From Candidatus Multivoradales bacterium (GTDB lineage: Bacteria > Acidobacteriota > Thermoanaerobaculia > Multivoradales > Multivoraceae), in the NCBI GenBank assembly GCA_965223325.1, contig CBDCWI010000002.1, positions 512,001-576,000 on the forward strand: 64,000 nt of DNA, given 5' to 3'. The position numbers and the translations under genes are program-made. A model generated the notes under the pieces. The model did no database searches, was not told the origin of the DNA, and saw only the letters and a list, made by a program, of their open reading frames with translations. This document shows, piece by piece, positions 57,360 to 64,000 of this stretch (positions within the stretch are counted from its first letter, which is position 1; every line of letters begins with the position of its first letter).

Positions 57360-57662
57360 GGATGTGCCTCCAGTCTCGAGGGCCAGCGCAGCCACTCGGG
57401 GTTGTAAGGGCGGGCCAGGACATCGTAGGAGCGGAGCCTACCCTCCACCCTCGCCACTCTAGGCGAGGTCCGCGTCCGGCCACATTTCGCCCCCCATCCA
57501 TTGCCACCACCGCCAATCAACAAGGCGCCAGGACGGCGATTGGGCGCCCCTCGTCTGGCGAGTCGTGCTTGGAGCGGTCCTCGACCGGTCGGATTCGCTA
57601 TGACTCGGAGTTGGTATGTTGCCGATCCTCACCCTTCGAACCAACAGGAGACGCTCCCCACC

Positions 57663-59234
57663 ATGAACGGCGCCGAAAAACTCATGCAAACTGCCGTCGC
57701 TGGCGGGGTCGAGGTCATGTTCACCAACCCCGGCACGACAGAGATGCTGCTGGTCGCAGCGCTCGACACCGTTCCCGGGATGAAGAGCGTGCTGGCGTTG
57801 TTTGAGGGAGTCGTGACCGGAGCGGCTGACGGTTACGGCCGTATGGCCGATCAACCCGCGATGACCCTTCTCCACCTCGGTCCCGGCTTCGCCAACGGCA
57901 TCGCCAACCTCCACAATGCGCGTCGCGCCCGCAGTCCAGTGGTCAATCTCATCGGCCATCATGCAACCTGGATTCGCAACTACGATCCGCCGCTCAACAG
58001 CGACGTCGAAACCCTCGCCGCGCCAGTCTCGGCCTGGCAACGCACCAACGCCTGCGCCAACGAGATTTCGCGTGACACCGCCGACGCAATCGCCGCTGCC
58101 CGCCAGCTGCCCGGCCAGGTCGCCACCCTGGTGGTTCCCGGGGACAGCCAGTGGGACGAACCCCTCGACGAAGCGGTCGTCGCAGTGCCGGGGCCGGCAG
58201 GCCGCGGCGTTGCGGACGCAACGGTCGCCCACGCCCGTGCCGCACTCGGCCAGCACAAGAAGTCCCTCCTGCTCCTCGGCCAGGGCGGACTTCGTGACAA
58301 GGGCTTGCGAGCGGCCGGCAGGATCGCCGCCACCACCGGCTGCACCTTGATGAGCGAAACCTTTCCCCGCCGTATGGAGAGAGGGCCCGACCTGCCGGCG
58401 CTCTTGCGCCTGCCGTACTTCCCGGAACAGGCAACAGAGGTACTCAGCGAATACGACCACATCGTCCTCGCCGGCGCAGCCTCACCGGTCTCGTTCTTCG
58501 GCTACGAAGACGGCCAGACTTCGCTGGTTCCCGAGGGTGTCGAAGTCACCGTACTCGCCCAGCCTACCGACGACACCGCCGACGCCCTCACGACCCTCGC
58601 GATGGCGATGGATGCCAAAGACTCTTTTGCCACGCCCGGGTTACAGCTGCCGCCGCGCCCGGAAGGACCAATCTCCGCTACCGCGATTGCGCAGGCGGTC
58701 GTCAACACACTGCCGGACAACGCCATCGTGATCGACGAAGGGGTCACCTCCGCCGGTGCTGTGTACCCAGTTTCGGCGACTGCCCCGCCGCACTCGTACC
58801 TCTCGCTCACCGGCGGTGCCATCGGCTGGGGTATGCCCAGCGGTACCGGTGCCGCGATTGCCTGCCCTGACCGCAAGGTCCTGGTGCTCGAAGGGGACGG
58901 CTCGGGTCTCTACACCTGCCAGGCGCTGTGGACGCAGGCTCGCGAAGGTCTCGACATCGTCAACCTGGTGTTCAACAACAGCGTCTATCGCATTCTCCAG
59001 GTCGAGCTCATGCGCGCGGGGGTTGCAGAACCTGGCCCGCAGGCCTTGTCGCTGACCGACCTCTCGAGGCCCGCGATCAGCTGGGTTTCGCTCTCAGAGA
59101 GCATGGGAGTGCCGGCCGTGCGGGTCGAAACCGCTGAGGCCCTGACCGTCGCCCTGGAACGTGGCTTTGCTTCAGAGGGTCCAATGACCATCGAGGTGAT
59201 GATGCCCGGAAGCGGAGCGATCTCCGCGCCATAA
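57663..59234 (+). CDS. ThDP-dependent enzyme, acetolactate synthase large subunit-like
   Basis: MNGAE, NPGTTE, LFEGVVTGAADGY, TLLHLGPG, GDGS..NN ThDP motif. Confidence 0.9.
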   Translation: MNGAEKLMQTAVAGGVEVMFTNPGTTEMLLVAALDTVPGMKSVLALFEGVVTGAADGYGRMADQPAMTLLHLGPGFANGIANLHNARRARSPVVNLIGHHATWIRNYDPPLNSDVETLAAPVSAWQRTNACANEISRDTADAIAAARQLPGQVATLVVPGDSQWDEPLDEAVVAVPGPAGRGVADATVAHARAALGQHKKSLLLLGQGGLRDKGLRAAGRIAATTGCTLMSETFPRRMERGPDLPALLRLPYFPEQATEVLSEYDHIVLAGAASPVSFFGYEDGQTSLVPEGVEVTVLAQPTDDTADALTTLAMAMDAKDSFATPGLQLPPRPEGPISATAIAQAVVNTLPDNAIVIDEGVTSAGAVYPVSATAPPHSYLSLTGGAIGWGMPSGTGAAIACPDRKVLVLEGDGSGLYTCQALWTQAREGLDIVNLVFNNSVYRILQVELMRAGVAEPGPQALSLTDLSRPAISWVSLSESMGVPAVRVETAEALTVALERGFASEGPMTIEVMMPGSGAISAP

Positions 59235-59337
59235 GCGGCGGAAACCTCGCTCTTTTCGCTGCGTACCAGAAGGTGCCGACCCTGCCTACGGAGTCACACA
59301 AGGGCCCGTGAGCAATTCGACTTCAGGAGAGAACCGC

Positions 59338-61785
59338 GTGTCTGATCTTCTTCGCGACCTCAAGTACTCAGCCCGCCTACTGCAAAAGCGCCCAACGTTC
59401 GCTCTGATCGCGATCGTTTCTCTGGCGCTCGGGATCGGTGCCAACACCCTGATCTTCAGCCTCGTCAACGAGCTCTTTATCAAGGCCTTGCCGGTCGAAG
59501 AGCCAGGCGAAGTGGCCGCGGTCTTCGCCACCGATGAGCGCATTCCAGGCATGATGCAGATGTCGCACCTGAACTGGGTCGACCTGCGGGATCAGAACGA
59601 GGTCTTCGAAGACTACGCCGGCTACGCTTTCGCCCCCCTTTCGGTGGTCTCTGGTTCTCGCGACCCTGTGTTCCAGTTCGGCCTCCTGGTCTCGGGCAAC
59701 TACTTCGACACCCTCGGAGTGCGTGCCGTTCACGGTCGAACCTTCCAGCCCGACGAAGATCTCGTCCCCGGTGAGCGGCCCGTCGCGGTCGTTGGCCACA
59801 CCTTCTTCGAACGCCAGCTCGGAGGAGATCCCGGCGTCGTTGGCAAAGAGCTATCTGTCAACGGTCGTTCGTTTACCATTGTCGGCGTTCTTCCCGAAGG
59901 CTTCCAGGGGATCAACGTCGGTGTCGAGCCGGGCGTCTACATCCCCTTCGCTATGAACGCCGCGATCCTGCCCGATGCGGAACTGAACTGGTTCGATGAA
60001 CGGCGCGGCTTGTTTATCAACGGGGTCGGCCGGCTGCGCACGGGTACCGACCTCGACGCGGCGCGCGCCAACATCACCGTCGTCGGAGAGCGCCTTGGAG
60101 AGGCCTATCCCGACGATAACGACGGCCGCAACTTCGACTTGATGCCGGTCAACGAAGCCTCCATCGTGCCGCAAGTTCGCGGCGGACTGGTCGCCGGCAC
60201 CACCATGCTGATGGCGACCGTTGGCCTGGTGCTGTTGATCGCCTGCGTCAACGTCGCCAACCTGCTCCTGGCGCGCGCCACCGAACGACGTCGCGAGATC
60301 GCCATGCGCCTGGCGCTTGGCGTGTCACGTGCACGCCTGGTGCGCCAACTCCTCACCGAGAGTGTGATGGTCGCGCTACTCGGCGGAACCCTGGGCATTG
60401 CGCTGGCGTTTCTCGGGCGCAAGACGCTCCTGGCGCTTCTGCCCGCGTTGCCCTTCGGCGGCAACCTGACCTTGAAACTCGCCTTCGATCTTCCGGTCCT
60501 CTTGTTCACCCTCACCCTCGCCGTTTTGACCGGCCTCCTGTTTGGCCTGGTGCCCGCGATCCAGTCTTCGAAGCCCGAACTCGTCGCGGCACTCAAGGAC
60601 CAGGACGCCGGCGGCGGTGGCGCACAGCGCTTCAACCTACGCAATGCTCTGGTCGTCGCCCAGCTCGCTTTGTCGCTCGTCGCTCTGCTCGGCGCCGGGC
60701 TCTTTCTGCGCAGCATGACCGCAGCCCAGCAGCTCGATCTCGGCTTCGACCCCGATTCCCTGGTGGCGATCACCCACGACGTAGGCCTGGCGGGGTACGA
60801 CCAGGCGCGCGGCGAGGGCTTTCACCAGCAGGTCATCGAGCGCGTCGAGGCGTTGCCCGGCGTCGAACGCGCTGCTCTGGCCACCGCCGGTCCCCTGCAG
60901 GGCAGCATCATGCGGTCAGTGTTGATGCCTGGAGCCGACAGCGATCAGGAGCGTACCTTCGTGCAGGTCAATACGGTCGGCCCTGGCTATTTCGAAACCG
61001 TAGGCATTCCGGTCGTCGATGGCCGTCCGTTTTCAGCCATCGACCGTGCCGACGCCCAGCCGGCGGTGATCGTCAACGAAACCATGGCGGAACGCTTCTG
61101 GCCCAACGAATCGGCCGTCGGCAAGACCTTTCGGTTCTTCGGTCAGGATGAGATGGTCGTCGTCGGAACCGCCAAAGACATCAAGTACAACACTCCGGGT
61201 GAAGACCCACAGCCCTACGCCTATCGCCCCCTCGGGCAGTCGTACGCCACCACGATGACCCTGATCGCCCGCACCGAACGCGAGCCCGAGTCGGTCATCG
61301 CCAGCCTCGAGCAGGAGATGCGCGCTATGGACCCAGCGCTACCGCTGATCAACGTCAGCACGGTTCCCGATCTGCTCAGTGCGGCCCTTTTCGCGCCGCG
61401 TTTCGCCGCCGGCTTCCTCAGCATCCTCGGCGGCCTGGCTCTGGTGCTGGCGGCGATTGGCATCTACGGAGTCATGTCGTACGCCGTGAGCAGGCGCCAG
61501 CGCGAGCTCGGCATTCGTGTCGCCCTCGGCGCTGACCGCAATGAGATTCTGGGACTGGTCTTCAAACAGGGGCTGGCCTTGACCACCGTCGGCCTGGTCC
61601 TTGGCCTGGTGATCGCCTTCGCCAGCACGCGGCTCCTTGCCAGTCTCTTGTTCGTCAGCCCCACCGATCCCGTCGCCTTCATTGGAACCGCGGTCGTACT
61701 GCTCGCGGTTGCCTCGGCCGCGGTGCTCGTTCCAGCGCTGCACGCCATGAGGCTCGACCCTATTCGGGTCCTGCGCGCCGACTGA
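59338..61785 (+). CDS. Duplicated MacB/FtsX-type ABC permease (ADOP-like orphan permease)
   Basis: DLKYSARLL, LALGIGAN, LLIACVNVANLLLAR..RRREIAMRLALG, GIYGVMSY..RELGIRVALGA; no adjacent ATPase gene. Confidence 0.9.
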   Translation: MSDLLRDLKYSARLLQKRPTFALIAIVSLALGIGANTLIFSLVNELFIKALPVEEPGEVAAVFATDERIPGMMQMSHLNWVDLRDQNEVFEDYAGYAFAPLSVVSGSRDPVFQFGLLVSGNYFDTLGVRAVHGRTFQPDEDLVPGERPVAVVGHTFFERQLGGDPGVVGKELSVNGRSFTIVGVLPEGFQGINVGVEPGVYIPFAMNAAILPDAELNWFDERRGLFINGVGRLRTGTDLDAARANITVVGERLGEAYPDDNDGRNFDLMPVNEASIVPQVRGGLVAGTTMLMATVGLVLLIACVNVANLLLARATERRREIAMRLALGVSRARLVRQLLTESVMVALLGGTLGIALAFLGRKTLLALLPALPFGGNLTLKLAFDLPVLLFTLTLAVLTGLLFGLVPAIQSSKPELVAALKDQDAGGGGAQRFNLRNALVVAQLALSLVALLGAGLFLRSMTAAQQLDLGFDPDSLVAITHDVGLAGYDQARGEGFHQQVIERVEALPGVERAALATAGPLQGSIMRSVLMPGADSDQERTFVQVNTVGPGYFETVGIPVVDGRPFSAIDRADAQPAVIVNETMAERFWPNESAVGKTFRFFGQDEMVVVGTAKDIKYNTPGEDPQPYAYRPLGQSYATTMTLIARTEREPESVIASLEQEMRAMDPALPLINVSTVPDLLSAALFAPRFAAGFLSILGGLALVLAAIGIYGVMSYAVSRRQRELGIRVALGADRNEILGLVFKQGLALTTVGLVLGLVIAFASTRLLASLLFVSPTDPVAFIGTAVVLLAVASAAVLVPALHAMRLDPIRVLRAD

Positions 61786-61792
61786 AAATCGC

Positions 61793-62242
61793 TCAGCTTC
61801 CGGCGGGCTCAGAAAGAGCGCCGTAAACGCTGAAGTCGAGGCACAGCCCGAGGGCCGCGGCGCGCCGGCTGCGGGCGGCGTCGAGTCGGAACGCGGCCAC
61901 GGTTTCGGTCGAAACCAGGCACGAAAGGCAGGGCTCGATGTTGCGGTCGGCGAGTTCAGAAACCGCCGCGGCGCGCTCCTCGAGCTTGGCGAGCCAGTAG
62001 TCGATCTGCGCCTCGAGGCCGTGTTTCTCGACCTCTGCCGGCGGCCACCGTTGCCAGCTGCCGGTAGGTCTGAGCAGGTTCAGCTGGATGGGAGTCTCAG
62101 GATCAGCACGGTCTCCAACCGCCAGAGGATCGAACCGCTCGCTGGCGCTGTGCGGCGCAAAGCCGATGCGTTCCGTGACCTCGGCGGGCACCAGGGTCTC
62201 ACCCCGGAAACGCAAGACGACGCTGCCGCGGTAGCTACTCAT
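61793..62242 (-). CDS. DUF4279-like hypothetical protein
   Basis: LRFRGETLVPAEVTERIGFAP N-terminus and AALGLCLDFSVY C-terminus. Confidence 0.6.
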   Translation of the reverse strand: MSSYRGSVVLRFRGETLVPAEVTERIGFAPHSASERFDPLAVGDRADPETPIQLNLLRPTGSWQRWPPAEVEKHGLEAQIDYWLAKLEERAAAVSELADRNIEPCLSCLVSTETVAAFRLDAARSRRAAALGLCLDFSVYGALSEPAGS

Positions 62243-62316
62243 GAGGTGGGAGCTGGAGGAGACCGAAGCGAGCGAATCGCTTCGCCAGAACGAGGCTTAC
62301 GTACCACGCGTCGCAC

Positions 62317-63072
62317 TCAGCCGCCACGCTCCATCGAGTGGGCCAGTTCGGCGACCCAGGTCCGCAGGTCTCCACCCGGGACTTGCGCCGCAAGCACTCG
62401 CTTGGTCGCCGCATGGGGCCCCGGCGGGTGCGACGCGAGCTCGGTCGCCAGGGCCAACGCGCGCGCTTTCACCTCGCCGTCTGGCACGACCTCGGCCACC
62501 AGACCCATCTCGGCCAATCGGTTCGCGGGCACCCGACGCGCCATCATCACCAACTCGCGCGCCCGCGCTGCGCCCACGTCGAGCGTCAACCAGGCGAGGT
62601 TGAGCGGTGCGGTCATTCCGAGCAGGGCTTCGGAAACGTGGAGGTAGGAACTCTCCCCCGCTACCCTCAGGTCACAGGCGAGGGCCAGGCCGGAGCCACC
62701 GGCAATTGCATAGCGCTCGAGTGCGCACACCACCGGGATCGCACTTTCACGCAGCGCCAGGTGTAGCTCGAGCCACCGACCCTTGAACCGCGCCCGCCAC
62801 GGCTGCGGTGGGTCCTCCCTGAAGGCGTCGAGATCGAGCCCCGCGCAGAAAGAATCTCCCGCTCCTTGCAGTACCAGGGCGCGCACCGTGCCATTGGTCT
62901 CGAAGGTACGCACCGCCTCGAGTACACCTTCGACCAGCGGCCCGGTCAGTGCGTTGCGTCGTTCGGGACGACAGAGAGTCACGACGCCGACCAGGCCCAC
63001 CGTCTTGACCTCGACCGGGGGCGGCTGGTCTTCACCTGTCACGGGTTTCTGCGCTTGCGCCATCTGCTGCAT
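62317..63072 (-). CDS. Enoyl-CoA hydratase/isomerase (crotonase) family
   Basis: RPERRNAL, SFCAGLDL, AIAGGSGLALACD, SEALLG. Start uncertain. Confidence 0.88.
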   Translation of the reverse strand: MQQMAQAQKPVTGEDQPPPVEVKTVGLVGVVTLCRPERRNALTGPLVEGVLEAVRTFETNGTVRALVLQGAGDSFCAGLDLDAFREDPPQPWRARFKGRWLELHLALRESAIPVVCALERYAIAGGSGLALACDLRVAGESSYLHVSEALLGMTAPLNLAWLTLDVGAARARELVMMARRVPANRLAEMGLVAEVVPDGEVKARALALATELASHPPGPHAATKRVLAAQVPGGDLRTWVAELAHSMERGG

Positions 63073-63202
63073 CCCTCGACTCGTGTGCTGAGGTCTGTGT
63101 GGAGAGTGTACGTCGTGGACGCGACCCACCCCAACTCTGGAGCGCCGGATCATAGAATCCGGCTACTTCGCTCCTGTGGGGAGTTCCACCGAAAGGACGA
63201 TC

Positions 63203-64000
63203 ATGAGCCTCGCCAACGACTTCACCAGCTACCGCCCCGATCTCGATCCCCAGACCGGGCCGATTCCCCTACCGGCGGAAGTCGACAGCTTTAGCCACAT
63301 TCCCGGAGAGATCGGTCCGCCGCTTGTCGGCCACACGCTGGCCTTCGTGCGCGACCCCGAGAAGCTCACCCGCACCATGCGCGCGCGCCATGGGCGCAAT
63401 TTCAAGATCCGGCTCTTCGGCTACCCCACCCTGATCGTCGGCGACCCGGACTCGGTCAAGGCCGTTCTCCTCGACCAGGAGCGCAACTTCTCGAGCCGCT
63501 GGGGCTGGCATCACGCGATTGGAGAACTCTTCGCTCGCGGGCTCATGCTGCGCGACTTCGACGACCACCGCCTGCACCGCCACATCATGCAGCAGGCGTT
63601 TCGCGCCGATGCGATGAGCGGCTACGTCGACCGTATGAATCCGCTCATCGACAAGCGCCTCGCCGATTGGGCAGAGCTGGGGCCGCGGGTCAAGTTCTAC
63701 GAGGTCATCAAGCAGCTGACCCTCGACCTCGCAGCCGACGTCTTCATCGGCGTCAAACTCGGTCCCGAGGCTGACCAGTTGAATCGCGCCTTCATCGATT
63801 CGGTCAAGGCCTCGATCGCGCTGGTCAAGCGTGAAGTGCCCGGCCTGGCCTACGCCCGCGGCATGAAGGGCCGGCGCCTGCTCGAGCGCTTCTTCGCCGA
63901 ACGAGTTGCCAAACGTCGAGAAGGTGATGGGTCCGACATGTTCAGCGAGTTCTGCCGAGCGACCTCAGAAGACGGCGAGACCTACGCCGATCGCGACATC
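63203..64000 (+). CDS. Cytochrome P450, N-terminal part (runs off window; CYP136-like)
   Basis: Manual translation: MSLANDF...PGEIGPPLVGHTL...GLMLRDFDDHRLHRHIMQQAF...KQLTLDLAADVF...DMFSEFC; AAAGGA RBS. The heme Cys motif is not in the window. Confidence 0.85.
   Translation, partial: MSLANDFTSYRPDLDPQTGPIPLPAEVDSFSHIPGEIGPPLVGHTLAFVRDPEKLTRTMRARHGRNFKIRLFGYPTLIVGDPDSVKAVLLDQERNFSSRWGWHHAIGELFARGLMLRDFDDHRLHRHIMQQAFRADAMSGYVDRMNPLIDKRLADWAELGPRVKFYEVIKQLTLDLAADVFIGVKLGPEADQLNRAFIDSVKASIALVKREVPGLAYARGMKGRRLLERFFAERVAKRREGDGSDMFSEFCRATSEDGETYADRDI

Overview
GC-rich bacterial chromosomal window. The lineage is probably Acidobacteriota (Thermoanaerobaculia-like), inferred from an ADOP-type orphan permease, a HEAT/DUF4388-like protein and a C-terminal FxDxFESG motif. 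From left to right it contains: (1) the 5' part of a group II intron (minus strand, RT ORF cut by the window edge) inserted in a ~290-bp tandem repeat; (2) a four-gene module of coiled-coil protein, membrane protein with longin-like and OmpA-like domains, Rab-like small GTPase and GGDEF-degenerate EAL protein; (3) glutathione and flavin redox genes, a protease and an MFS transporter; (4) a Ser/Thr kinase and a sigma54 activator with its divergent sigma54 promoter and secreted target; (5) a quinohemoprotein alcohol dehydrogenase, apbE-nqrM, TetR, LpxR-like and DUF21 genes; (6) a phosphate locus with PHO-box-like repeats, a histidine-kinase remnant, Na/Pi symporter, PhoU-like protein, a 2-phosphoglycerate-kinase/phosphoglycerate-mutase-like fusion and Ppx; (7) a Phe/Tyr homogentisate catabolic operon with an unknown gene where the missing isomerase would be expected; (8) a ~4,285-aa secreted adhesin-like protein ending in a gingipain/PorU-type C25 peptidase; (9) a structured intergenic repeat cluster; (10) ThDP enzyme, permease, crotonase and a truncated cytochrome P450 gene. 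No rRNA, tRNA or CRISPR array was seen. All family calls come from motif recognition by eye; no database search was run.
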